Part shown: piece after piece, positions 12,986 to 25,700 of the stretch
How the letters are laid out: each line of letters opens with the position of its first letter
Position numbering within the stretch: the stretch's first letter is position 1
Origin: the human T2T-CHM13v2.0 reference genome, Homo sapiens
Direction: 5' to 3' (one strand)
Assembly (NCBI RefSeq): GCF_009914755.1
Contig: NC_060939.1
DNA: 64,000 nt
Translations under genes and position numbers: made by a program
Notes under the pieces: model-generated
What the model saw: only the letters and a program-made list of their open reading frames with translations
Databases searched by the model: none
What the model was told of the DNA's origin: nothing

Positions 12986-13839
12986 GGGTTGAGGGGCTGT
13001 CCTCAGGGAGCTCTTCTGTGCAGACCCCAGGGTGGGAGGGATACAGACTAGTGGCAGGCTGCCCCCCTGCCTGGCATGCCTGGGGATTCTAAGCAGTCCT
13101 GCCACACTGCCATGCAGATGCTCATCCTCCTCACCGCCGGCCACGGGAGACACCACGTGCCTCACACCACACACCAATTGACAGATGGCGTGTGGGCACA
13201 GGAAATGAGCCCCAAACTGATTCGACCCATGACACCACTGCACACACAGCACTCAGGAGACTGTGCGGCTGTGCTTCTGCCTCCAGCTTCCCAACCCCCC
13301 ATGCACCTTCCCCGGAAGCAGCAGGAATGTCCTTTCTGATAATGCGGCAGAACTTGCTCTTCCTGCCCCTGCCTGCATCAGCATCAGGAGTCTCTGGCCT
13401 CTTCAGTTCCTACCCTCTGGGCTGATTCTGGCCTGGTAGTAACTGATGCCCTCCTGGGTTATCTGACCCCAGGTGAAGGAGAACCCCACACTGTGTCCAA
13501 GAGCATCACACAAGGCTTTTTCCTGCAGCCTCCATGGCTTCCCACTGGGCCAGAGGTGCACTTCCTGCCCCAACCTGGTCTCCCTGTGTCCTCTCTCCTC
13601 ACTGAGTCCCCCATCCCTCCTCTATGGTCCATTGTTATCTTCTTCTTAGAAGGCATTCCTTCTACTTATTTTGTATGTCTCCTCCTACAAACCAAAAATA
13701 CATGTTTCCTTCTCATTCTCCGTCATCCTTAAATTACAATACTGGAAGGGGTACGAAGGTGCCATTTTCTTAAGTCCTCCTGGGTTTGTAGCTAGAGCCA
13801 CCAGTGGAAGGCTTAATGGAAGGAGATGTCCCATCGTAC

Positions 13840-14510
13840 TGTCATTCATAAAAGACCATTTGATTGCCTTCCATTGCACACTTCTCTGATTAAAAATGAC
13901 TTGGAGCATGTTTCTTTTGCTTTTTAGCCCTGTGGCTTTCCTGTTCTGTAAAATGCCTGATTATACACTTTGGCCATTTTTCCATGTAGGCTCTTCTTGG
14001 TTGCTGTTGATTTGAAGAGTTCCTTGTACATCATGCCTTGGTATTCCAGAGATGGTCTCCCAAGCTGTCATCTGTCTATTGATGCTACCAAGGAAGCCTA
14101 TGTTGATCAGAAATTCTTAATTTTGATGTGATCAAATTAATTATTTTTGCCTTATAATTTGTGCTTTGAAGTTTAATTTTAAAAACCCTTCTACATCTAA
14201 GCCTTCTTTGATTAACATTATAGTTTTATCTTTCACATTTAAACCTCTATTTTTAACCTTCATGTAGTGTTTGGTATGGCTCTAGGTTCATTTTTCTCTA
14301 TATGGAAAATTTTCCCTAATAGAAGCTTACCCTGTGGATATGTGGTTCTACCTTAACATGTATTAAACCTCAGTCACACAAATATCTGTCTCTAAGCTCC
14401 CTATTCTGTGCTATTGGCCCATTTGTCTGTATTTACATCAGGACCACCATTTTCAATCACTATAGATTTGCAGTATGCAGTATGCCTTAATATCTGTCAA
14501 AGTTTTCCTC
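13840..14510 (-). mobile_element. Old L1M (L1MC/ME-like) fragment
   Basis: GAGCATGTTTC..TTCTGTAAAATGCCTG..TTTGGCCATTTTT..TTGATTTGAAGAGTTCCTTGTACAT..CAGAAATTCTTAATTTTGATGTGATCAAATT is antisense L1 3' sequence. Confidence 0.75.
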
Positions 14511-14713
14511 TTTACATTGATGGTTATTTCTCAAAAGAGATTATTTAATGTTCCTATCACATGAAGCAGAAAGCAATGTGACAATCTCAATGATACATTC
14601 AAATATTCAAATATAAATTTGTCACTTCCTATTTTTGTTAAGTACCAAGCATCAAAGGTATAATATGGGGGAGGGAGGGTGGGAGAAAGCCACAAATTAG
14701 TAAATGTCTAATT

Positions 14714-14840
14714 GATTCATTCATTCAACTAATATTAATGAAGCACCTACAAGTGCTGGCTGGCCTTGTTCTAAAGGCCGGGAATAGAATAGTGAAAAAA
14801 AAAAAAAAATCCTAACTTTATGGGACTTACATTTGAGTGA
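14714..14840 (-). mobile_element. L2 3' end
   Basis: ATTCATTCATTCAACTAATATTAATGAAGCACCTAC..GTTCTAAAGGCCGGGAATAGAATAGTGAA. Confidence 0.75.
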
Positions 14841-15909
14841 CAGAAATCAGAGAATCGCTTCATCCACCTCGCCCCCCAGCCCACCGTCTGGGGGATGCTC
14901 CTTCCCTACTGGGCCCACCTGGGCTCCTCCAGTGAGCAATTCATAAGAAGAGAGCCAATCTTAAGTTGCAAATAAATACAGTTATTGTTTCTCCTGGGGT
15001 TTACAATCAACCCAGATATATGAATTAATTTACTCAAGATTTAATTTTAAAATAAAAGTCAATGTATTTAGCTTAAGTAAAATAACAGGTCATTTCCTTT
15101 GTTGTCCAGAGTTTAGTCATTGGTCTGATTTTGAATAGAGATCTATAAAAATGAAAATAAGATTACTGCGGCTATAAATCTTTTAAATAATAAAATCTAG
15201 TTATTCTCATTATGCTTTTAATATTACAAATGAGACTATCCTTTGAAGAAAGTAACTTGGGCCTTAAAGAAATCCAGACAATTCAGATCTGCCTGCTCAT
15301 TCGAATCCTAGGATAAAAGGTTACTGGGTTACAGACTCAGTTCCTTTGGGGCCCACAGGTGAAATGCACAGACTTTTATGCAGGAAATTTCTCTGCAGCT
15401 GGCCTCTCTCCCAGTCAGTGGGAATCACGGTATGATTGAGGCTTTCATCTACTAGGCCCTTGTCTTCGGGAAGGTTGAACAGAGTCGCTAGCACCATCAG
15501 TGGCTGCACTTTCATTCTGCAGCCCCTAAAAACCTGGTTCAGACCTCTTCATGGGTCTCAGCCATTGTGAATATTGGAGTGCTGACCTGGAGGAGTGGGT
15601 TTCTGAAACTCCAAAGAGGTCTGAGTTGAGAGAGAATTGGAGTTGGGGGATGAGAAAATCGGAGAGGTGTAGCTAGCAGTATGATTGGCTGATCTCTTCT
15701 ATCTTTCTGGGAGGTGAGAACAGTGGGTTGGAGTGCCAGGGCAGGTGCCATGGAGTAAGCACACCTCCCCATGGAGAGTGGGGCATGGGAATATGAGGCA
15801 CAGTACAGTTACACACCCAGCCACTCTCCCCGGCCTGCACGTTCCTGAAATGCAAATTTTGCTCTCTCTTTAAAGAACACTGGTGCTAGGAGCACAGCAC
15901 CTGAGACAG

Positions 15910-16000
15910 GCAGGCTGCCACTCCACAGCTGGGTGACTGGAAGCATGCTTGGGCCTTTGTGGGCCTCAGTTTCCTCTTTGTAAAGTGAGGAACAGGCCCA
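15910..16000 (+). mobile_element. MIR fragment
   Basis: GCTGGGTGACT..GGGCCTCAGTTTCCTCTTTGTAAAGTGAGG. Confidence 0.6.
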
Positions 16001-16259
16001 TATGTATCCCTGTAGGGCAAAGAAAGACAGCACAGGAATGTAGTCACACACACCACATGCCCTACCGGAAGCATGGTGTTCAAGCTTCTCTGAGCCTGGC
16101 CCCTAGGTAAACACTCTAACTGCTTCATCTCCTGAAATGTTCATGCGGACCCTGCATCATCCTCGTTTCATAGAAGGCTCAGTTAAGGCTTGGAGAGATG
16201 CACTAGAAGCAGAGAGTCACAGCAGGGATCACCACCATATGCAGTGAACTTGAGTCTCT

Positions 16260-16300
16260 ATAACATTAGGGGTTCTCCAGAGAAGCAGAACCAGTAAGGG

Positions 16301-16336
<36 letters not shown>

Positions 16337-16354
16337 CTATGTATGTATCTATGC

Positions 16355-16396
<42 letters not shown>

Positions 16397-16770
16397 ATCT
16401 ATCTGTCTTCTATCTTTCTAGAGAGATTTAAGGAATTGGCTCACATGATTGCGGGGATTAGCACATCCAAAATCTGCAGGGCAGATGGGCAGGTTGGAAC
16501 CCCAGGGAAGAAATGATACTGCAGCTGGAGTCTGAAGGCTGTCTGAAGACTGATTTCCTTCTTCTTTGGGGAAGCTCAGTCTTTTTTCATTGGGCATTCA
16601 AATAATTGCATGAGGCTCACCCACATTAAGAAGGGCAATCAGTTTTATTCAGTCTTCTGATTCAAATATTAATCTCATCTAAAAATTACCTTCACAGCAA
16701 CATTCAGATGTATTTGACCACATTTCTGGATATTACGGTCTAGCCAGATTGAAACAAAATTTAATCACCG
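16260..16770 (-). mobile_element. ERVL solo LTR, MLT2C/D-like
   Basis: GGGTTCTCCAGAGAAGCAGAACCAGTA..AGGAATTGGCTCACATGATTG..AAATCTGCAGGGCAG..ATATTAATCTCATCTAAAA..TTAATCACC. Confidence 0.85.
16301..16405. repeat. Compound microsatellite (TG)n + (TATC)n inside the MLT2 LTR
   Basis: About 16 GT units followed by about 10 TATC units. Confidence 0.95.
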
Positions 16771-16906
16771 TGATTGTTACACAATTAATGTAAAAGAGCA
16801 TAAGGAAAAAAGTAGCCACCAAGTCAATGGTGACCCAATGCTCTTCTATTGCTTCCAGTTTTTATTTCATACTTATATTTAGACAGAGCTTTCAAACATT
16901 CCTCTT

Positions 16907-17193
16907 TTCTTTGAGACAGAGTCTTGCTCTGTTGCCCAGTCTGGAGTACAGTGGTGCAATCTCAGCTCACTGCAACCTCTGCCTCCCAGTTTTAAGTGAT
17001 TTTCCTGCCTCAGCCTCCTGAGTAGCTGGGATTACAGGCATGCACCACCATACCCGGCTGATTTTTATATTTTAGTAGAGACATGGTTTCACCATGTTGG
17101 CCAGGCTGGTTTCGAACTCCTGACCCCAGGTGATTCACTCGCCTTGGCCTCCCAAAGTGCTGGGATTACAGGCGTGAGCCACGGCACCTGGCC
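16907..17193 (-). mobile_element. AluSx/Sz-type, full length
   Basis: Dimeric Alu with a short tail. TSD TCAAACATT(C/A)CTCTT at 16892 and 17194. Confidence 0.95.
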
Positions 17194-17995
17194 TCAAACA
17201 TTACTCTTGCACTTGCACAAGCATGGGGGTGCGGGGGGAAGCAAAATAAATCAGTTAAGATGTTCCAGGAGCTCCTCATTCAGAGCTGCCCTAGTGGATG
17301 ATGGCACCTCGCTGGTGTCATGCCCCTTGAACTCAGGAGCATGGGAGCCCGCGCTGCCTCTGAGACGTGATTCTAAACTGCCAACCCTCCCCAAAAAGCT
17401 GGGCGGGTGGAGGTGTTTTCTCGCTTAGGATGGCTGAGTGATCTTTTTTTATGTATCTTGGTCACAAAACAGAACACAAACCCCTCTACTCATAGGGACC
17501 TTCCTTCTTTAGGTTCCATAAAGCAGCAAATTTTTATTGGCAGTGAAGGGAATGTAGACTGGCGGTCACCTCTCAACGACGAGTACCTATTCCATTAATA
17601 CCGAGTCTAAGCACAGCTGCTCTGTTTCTGGCTTTGCTCTCAGCACCCTCTCCCTGTAGCCTGTCTTTTCCCCCAGAGGACAAGCTCCAGGAGGCCAGGG
17701 CCTTGCCCTGTCCTTCTTCACTGAGGGCCCAGGCCCCACCATGCAGGCTGCCTGAAGGAACAGCCCCCATTCCTCAGGTGACACCTGCAAATCGCATGCT
17801 TTGTACTCCAAAGGGAGTCGCCCGCCTTCACTCCCAAACTCTATCCTAAGCCTGGACGCATGCTTACAGAATTTTAAGTGCCCTTCCAAAAAGCAAAGAC
17901 GTGTTCCTATTGCCACTGCCCCAACGAGTGGTCCCTGTGTGTGCTGCTTCTCCGGTGCTGGGAGGAAGTATCACAGCACATCAGTTATGGAACGT

Positions 17996-18399
17996 TGTAT
18001 TAGTGTCCCAGTGCTGCCACAAAAAATGCCCAAAAACAGCTGGGCTTAAACAGCAGGCATTCACTTCGCACCGTTCTGCAGGTGTGAAGTTTAAGATCAG
18101 GGTGTCAGCAGGGTTGATTTCTCCTGAGGCCTCTCTTCTTGGTTGGGAGACACCCGCCTTTTCACTGCGTCTTCACATGGGCATTGCTCTGTGTGTGGAC
18201 ATCCCCAGTGACTGATACCTTCTTATAAAGACATCAGTCATATAGGATTAGAGCTCACCCACAGGGCCTCATTTAAACATGATTACCTCTTTAAAGACCA
18301 TATCTCCAAATAAAGTCACATGCTAAGGTATTGGGTAACGTTAGGACATCAACACAGGCATTTTGTGGGGGGGTGGGGGTCCCAATTTAGTCCATAACA
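17996..18399 (-). mobile_element. ERVL-MaLR solo LTR, MLT1B/A-like
   Basis: TGTATTAG...TCCATAACA ends, with internal AAGATCAGGGTGTCAGCAGGGTTG. 5-bp TSD AACGT/AATGT. Confidence 0.9.
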
Positions 18400-19429
18400 A
18401 ATGTGATCTTCCCCAAAATTCTGAGAGAGGGTGGCCCCATTTGAAGCCAAAGTTACTGAGATAAATGCTGTGCCCGTGAGCTGCCTGCTGTCCTGCATAC
18501 AGTTCAATCTTTCACTCAAGTGTTTGTGGTGTGCTCCCGATGCCCCCTCATGCTTGCTGTCCAGGTGTCCAGGTGTGGCCATGGACAAGTCAGAGCAGAT
18601 GCCCATGCTCATGGACAGAGGCATAAAGGCAAAAGCACATAAAATGAACAAGGCAGCTCTGGCACTGACGAGTATTCTGAAGATGACCAGGCAGCATCAA
18701 GGAGGGAAGTGGAGTGCATGGGCCTGACAGTGAATTTCCCCTGCATGCTGCACCAACCTGCCAGGGAAGAACCAAAACCTCACTGAGGATAACCAGGAGT
18801 CAACTTGCTCCAACACCTTAAGTGCCAAAAGTAAACAATGAGGCTCACTGGACCCCAGCAGGACAGCTGACCCTTATAACAGAGCAAACAGCAGGGCATC
18901 AGCTACGTTGTTCTGGTTCCCAGCCCCCACGGCCCCAGAGGCCAGAAGGAAGCCAGGGGGAGGCTCAGCTTGGGGGGGGGCTCCTGTCATGGCTGAGGAG
19001 CTCTGTGCCTAGGGAACCCATTGCTTTGCTAGTGGGCAGAAAGCAGATCTCTCCTCTTTTTGCAGGGAGCTGCAATCTCACCTCTCAAGATCACCACTTT
19101 CAAAAAGAACTCTGAGACACAGCCTACTGGAAGAGGGGTCACAGGCCTTCAAGGAGGGGCCAGGGTGGAGAGGGCCCCACAACCAAGAGGCAGCCACACA
19201 ATTATCTGGAGACAGAGATTTCTGAGCAGAGCAAATAGCAAGTGTACATGTTCTAAGCCAGGAGTGAGTCTGGGGTGGATCCTTGAACAGAGAGAAGGCT
19301 GGAGTGGCTGGGGTGAATCCAGCAAAGACACGGGAGAGGAGGGCACCTGGACATGAACAGTGGGCTGTGCGGGCCTGCAGGCCATGGAGATGGCTGCGTC
19401 TCCTTAATCCAGACGGTAGCCCCAGAATA

Positions 19430-19950
19430 ACACAGTTTCATTCTCAGTTTGCAGATGAGAAAACACTTTCAGAGAGGGAAGCAAGTCTCTCCATTACACA
19501 GTTCCTAAGTGGTGGATCTGGGGCTATGTTGGGGGCTGAATGTTTCTGTCCACCCCATATCCCTGTGTTGAAGACATAACCTCCAATGTGCCTGCATGTG
19601 GAGGTGGGGCTTTTGGAAGATAATTGTTTAGATGAGGTCATGAGGGTGGGGCCCCCATGATAGGATTAGTGCTCTTATAAGAAGAGATTCTGTCCCCTCT
19701 CTCTCCACGTGCATGCTTAGGAGAAAGGCCATGTGAGGACACAGGGAGAAGGCATCCACCTGCAGGTCAAGAAGAGGGCCCTCATCAGACATGGAATCTA
19801 CCAGCACCTTGACCTTGGACTTCCCAGCTTCCAGAACTGACTGTGAGAAATAAATGCCTCTTGCATATACCACTCACTCTGTAGTACTTTGTTATGGCAG
19901 CCTGAGCTTACTAAGACAGGCTGGAATCCAGATCTTTCTGGCTCACACCT
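19430..19950 (-). mobile_element. MIR split by an MLT1A LTR
   Basis: TTTGCAGATGAGAAAAC before the LTR; the continuation GGAATCCAGATCTTTCTGGCTC after 19918. Confidence 0.6.
19527..19918 (+). mobile_element. ERVL-MaLR solo LTR, MLT1A0-like
   Basis: GATGAGGTCATGAGGGTGGGGCCCCCATGATAGGATTAGTG..GAGAAATAAATG..GCAGCCTGAGCTTACTAAGACA. TSD GGCTA/GGCTG. Confidence 0.9.
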
Positions 19951-22202
19951 AGTTGCTCTCAATGCCTGGCTGCTGCTTGACCCAGGACATGGGGCTTCCC
20001 TTCAGTCAAGGTTCACAGGCTGTGGTGGGACAGAAGGCTGAAGATACGGGGGAAGCACCACTGAGTTAAAGATCTCTTCACATGCAACCCAAACTTTTCT
20101 TCAGGTGAATGGGGGGAACCACACATTATGCTCTAATCACTGAAACCACACTTCAGACGCAAAAACAAGAAGGTTGTTTATTACACCAGAAACCGCAGAA
20201 AGTGAGAAGGCTGGCATAAGGTTGTGACTCAGGCAGAAATCTGGCAGTGATATTAGGAGCACACATCCCATTTGTGGCCAGATGATTATTAATAACACAA
20301 GGTACTCAGTGTGCACTGAAAACTCACCCTGGAATATGAACACAGAAGTCCTCCCATGAACGTCAGCTCACCAAGTAGGAGCTTTAGAGCCTGGAAATGA
20401 GCCCAGGCTGGCCTCACCTAGACGCGCAGCATGTTTCTGCTCCCAGGCAAAAAGCCCGGGAGGCCTGTACTCTTGTACCTGAGGGTCAGCCAGATATGTG
20501 CACCTTGGTCCAGCCAAGGAGAGGCCAGGCACCTATGCCCAGGGTCCTGGTGGCCCATGGTCTCACCACCCCCATGCACTCTGCCAGCAGCCAATCGAGG
20601 ACACTGAGCTTCAAGCTCATTGTGTGTTCCTGAAGGTCGGGACTCCCCAGGATGCTGTGGGGCCATCAGGATGCAGCCAGGAGGGACAGGAGAGCCGACC
20701 TACCCAATGGCCTCTGTGGCTGGTTACTGTGGTGGGTGTCCCCTGGTCACTCCTGGAGGCCCCAAGTTCCCATGCTCTGCTGCACAGAGCCAGGTCCGGG
20801 TCTCATCCAGCCTCCCATTCTTAGGCCCCTCTGGGTTACAGAGCTTCTCACCACCAGAATGAGCAGAAGGAGACGCAGGGAAGGTGATACTGCACCTAGT
20901 TCACAGTGGAGGAGAAGCAGCCCCAGCGTTTTTTTGTTTTTTTCTTATTTATTCTAAGACCCCTCATAGGTGGATGGCTGTGTGCTTTGCTGATTCTTGC
21001 TGACAGCAGCCATGGCAGCGTCTACAAACAGGTCCCCCTTTGCTGTGGATTTCCTGCAGCCCCTGCTGTGCACATGGGCATCCCTCCATGGGTCTCAGAG
21101 GCATGCTCTCAGGGTCTCTGCATGCTGTGCCAGAAACAAACAAACAAAGCAGGAAACAACAACCTACAGAAAATACACACGCAGCTTAATGTACAGCATT
21201 ATCCAGCAGCCTCAAAAAAAAAAAAAAAAAAAAGCAGAATCAGGTTTCCACAGATCATTCTGGAAAGTAGATATTCCCAGAAACTCCACACTGCAACTAG
21301 TCCTCCTAATGAACAATCACTAGCACATTCAACACACTCAACACAGGCAGGATGGTGTGTGCCAGGGCCAGCGGGCATTGCTGAGTCGGCCTCGAACCCC
21401 AGGCAACTGGGAGGCCAGGTGCAAGGGCAGAGATAGGTGTACTACTCTCACAGGAGATGGCCTGGCCTGGGGTCTAGCGGAACACCAGGAACTGCACTAA
21501 CTCAACTCTCCCAGCCTGATGGCAGGTGGCCAGGGCTCTGACTGCCTCAGAAAACAATTTGCCAGAACCCAGCCCTTCTGGTTTGCAGAGGCTCTGGTTT
21601 GCAGAGGCTCTGGGCAAACTCTGGGCTGGTTCTGAGCTGCCACTATCTAGGCCAGCAGCGGGCACATCACCTCAGATACAGAGGCATTTTCTCAAAATGC
21701 ATAAAATTGCATTTTTGGTGCAATAATAACATTTTAAAGTATCGATTAACAAAACAAAAATGAAAAGAAACATCATCTACTTTGTGGGTGCTAAAGTAGC
21801 TTATTTCTGCTACATTTCTACATTGTGCTGTGTGTATGTGTGTATGCAAGAAATATGAGGTTTACTATTAAATTATTTTCAATCCACCACTAACAGCCAA
21901 GAGAAATCAGGATGGCTTTAAATCCTAAACCTATGATATGTGACTGATTTTTTACATAAATAAATAAAATTAAAATACTGTCATGATAAATAAATGTAAA
22001 ATTATGTTTTTTATTTATATATTTTTATATAGACTGATCCAAAGAACCATCATTCACACAGCATAATTGACACACATGGTGTACGCATCTACACATTACA
22101 CTCAAGTGACACTACTTTAGTATCCTGCAAGCTCCATGTACCAGGAGTGCAGTTACCTCCCATTTTGTTATGGGTTTTACATGAAATCACAAAAAAATAA
22201 GG

Positions 22203-22249
22203 TGTATTAGTTAGGGTTCTCTAAAGGGACAGAACTAATGGAATATATA

Positions 22250-22306
<57 letters not shown>

Positions 22307-22700
22307 GTAAAGGGGAGTTTATTAAATATTAGCTCACATGATCACAAGGTCCCACAATAGGCCATCTGCAGGCTGTGGGGCAAGGAGAGCCATTCTGAGT
22401 CCCAAAACTGAAGAACTTGGGAGTCCAGTGGTCGAGGGCAGGAAGCATCCAGCATGGGAGAAAGATGTAGGCTGGGAGGCTAGGCCAGTCTCTCCTTTTC
22501 ACGTTTTTCTGCCTGCTTATATTCTAGCCACAATGGCAGCTGATTAGATTGTGCCCACCCAGATTAAGGGTAGGTCTGCCTTTCCCAGCCCACTGACTCA
22601 AATGTTAATCTCCTTTGGCAACACCCTCACAGACACACCAACGATCAACACTTTGCATCCTTCAATCCAATCAAGTTGACACTCAGTATTAACCACCACA
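22203..22700 (-). mobile_element. ERVL solo LTR MLT2A1/A2 with an internal (TG)n(TA)n microsatellite
   Basis: TGTATTAGTTAGGGTTCTCTAAAGGGACAGAACTAAT..CACAAGGTCCCACAATAGGCC..CAAGTTGACACTCAGTATTAACCACCACA. TSD TAAGG/TAAAG. Confidence 0.93.
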
Positions 22701-25700
22701 TAAAGTATAATAATATTCACTCTCACATTACACTTCATTATATGCTGATATCCAGATTATAAGTAACTACTTATGGAGTCAATTTGATGTTATTAAAATT
22801 CAGTGCTGCAATAGCACATTTGAGATGTGGGATTAAGAACGCTTTGAGGTACATTTAACATCTCACATCTTTTTTAATAGACCGGCTTATTTTATAGAAA
22901 ATAATTAAATAAAGTCATAGTCACTTCCTTTTTTTACTCAGTCTTTGAAAGGCAATTACCATCTCTTTGATATAAAAATACTACAAGGACTACTTCAGGT
23001 CAAATTCTTCAGGCCTGAATTGAACCCCAATTGAGTGTTGGTGCAAACACTGCTGAGGTTTGTCAGGCTCCACAGTGACGTGGAAGGAGAGGAATCTCTG
23101 AATTCACCCAGTCAGGAGGTTCTCCCAGGCCTCTAGGCGCCTCTAAGTGACCTTTTGGCTGAGGGAGAGAAGGATCAAGGGGCAGGTCTGTCTGTCGACT
23201 TTTGTGGGTAAGACTTCACTTGAGCAGAGCATTCCCAGACAAATGAAAATAACACAGTTGAAAACCACTAAATCCACATAACCAATAATCATGCCCCAGA
23301 GAAGGGGACAGAAGCTCAGAGTGGCCCAGGTCACCAGGTCATTCAGCAGCAAACTCCAGACTAGGAACAGCATTTTCACATTTCCAGGACACATTGCCTG
23401 CTGCCCAGGGCACTAGAATAAAAACATCTTGCCGTATCAATCTATATCACTTCAACAACCTTAAAAAAAAGTTATTTGCTAAAATATCATCTTTCCCTTC
23501 ATTTCTTACCTATTCACAAAACATTCCTTAAAGATTGTATATTTTAAGCTTGCTTCTTATTGTCCCCAAGACACTGATGGCTCTGATTCTCCAGCATATA
23601 CACCACCAACACACCACTCTGTGCACAGTGACCAAGCTGTCCAGGAAGGCTCAGGGGTGCCTCTGCCCTTGTCTTGCTGAGAACACTGGGGGAAGCACCC
23701 TTTTCAAGGCCTCAGCTAGCAGGAGCTCCACAGGGAGCAGAGACTCCACTTCTTTTCCATAAGTGCTGCTGAGTCCCACAGCTAAAGTCACAGTCTTTTC
23801 ATTATGACTCGGAAGACTGGCTGGCTGAGGTGTGTCACCCTGTTCTCAGAAAGTTTCCATCGCTGCAGTGAGTCACATAAGTGCCTTCCACTGTGACCAT
23901 CTGAGAGCAACGCTTTAATGCAGTGACCTCCAGAGCAAACAAACAGCCCTGGTGGGGTAGGGGACAAGGTGAAAAGCCAGTGGAGGCCCCACCCACAAGT
24001 GCATCTTTCAGGATGCAAGATGGAATTCACAATAAGTTCTCATCCCAGCTGAGCACATCTGCTAAAAAGCCCAAAGCTTCCTTCCCCATGGTTTCAGATC
24101 AAGGTGATGATACCAGATGACAAGCTTAATCCCCTTATTGGTGGGTACATCAGATGCCTCCCTAACTCCAGGGGAGCAGAGGATGACAGGGGGGATGAAA
24201 CAAAACATATTTGGTCTTGCTTGAAGTTAATCAATTTAATCATTACACAGTCCTCAGCCTTTACCTACTATTCACCCCTAACTCTTCAGGATGGCTTCCA
24301 AACCTTCAAGGAACAGACCCTTTCTTCAACTGAAATTGCACAAACATAATTTCAAGATATAAAATAGCTTGAAGAGAAAATGTGTGGGACAATAGGAAGA
24401 GGCAGCTCCCCCTGGCATTGCTACCAACGTATGTCCAGGAAAGCTTCTTGGACGCAACCTTAAAACCACAGCTCTGATGGAGTGCCTACTTTTATGGTTC
24501 ATTGGAAACACCCGGGTCCCCCAACTCCCTGAATTAGAATGTCCTTAAAGGGACCCAGGAACCTCTCCCTGAAGTTCAGGGCTGGCTCCCTCCTCCTTTC
24601 TGGACCAACCCCTCCCGAGGGACTAAGCCCCCTCCTCCCCTTTCTCCTCCATGGAGACCTCAGGATGTAGTGCTGTGAGGGGTCTGAGAATTTCTGCCTC
24701 ATTCTCCTACTGCCCCTCGACTTCACAAGTCTGAAGGCTGGTGCAGTGAATGATGGCAGACTTCAGAAACCGACACCTCTCTTGTGCTGGGGAGGGGTGG
24801 GGCAGGGATGGCCAATCCCAGCCATGCTAGATGGAACCGAAGAAACTCTCCTTCCCCAGAGGAGCTGTCATCATGGGGGTTCCATAAACATCATCTCACC
24901 TGGGCTGGAAATCACCTGCTGATGCACCCATGACAAGTGATAAGTTTCAAACCAACCCACCTGGCACAAAGCTAAATCCTGTGTTTATATAGACCACTTT
25001 GGTTTAAGTGCCACTGAGCTATTTCTGTTAAGCTCTAGGAGAACTGTTCACAACATGTGCAGAAGCAATTGCTAAAGAAATAATGGGTACAGCACATAAT
25101 AACATCATAATTGTCCCAGGCACCGTGTTGAAAGGCAAGGAAGAAGACAGGCATCAGAAAGCAGCTGTGTGCAGAAGCTCCTCGGCTGGCCAGGCATCTT
25201 GAACAAAGAACAGCCAGGAGCCATCCTTGGCCTTTTCTTGCCCGATCTCCACATACACACAGCCCCTGCAGAGGCAACAGGTCGGGTGAGTTAGTTTCCC
25301 TGTAGGGTCTAGGATCTGTTGGAAGGCTGGAAGACAGCACTAAAGAGGCCCATCAGCCCAGAGGCTGCCAAGTGCTGAGGGAGGAGTAGTGAGCCTGATT
25401 TGTAATGAAATAGAAAAGGCAGGTGTAACCAACCTGGTAACCTAGAGAGCTGGACAATTTGGCAATGGCCTGCACTGGCAGGCTCCTGTAGATGCACCTT
25501 GGCAAAGGACAGGCCTGGGCTCCTCCTGACCCTCCCCAGGGCCCACTGAATGCCTGGGATGCCAGCCGACCTCACAGGGCCCTGTATGCAGGAAGGGCCT
25601 GACGCGTGAACCCTCTCTTCTATCCACCCCAAAAGATAACTTCCCTGTCTGCACAGGGCCAGAGAGAATATAACCACATCACCACTAAAGGGAGGCCTGT

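Noticed and set aside
20906-21436. Longest ORF in the window (176 aa)
   Set aside because: Non-ATG start, crosses an A20 run giving poly-Lys, and has no recognisable domain.
21577-21613. 16-bp tandem duplication TCTGGTTTGCAGAGGC (similar short duplications near 9500-9533 and 50397-50423)
   Set aside because: Ordinary slippage microduplications with no further structure.
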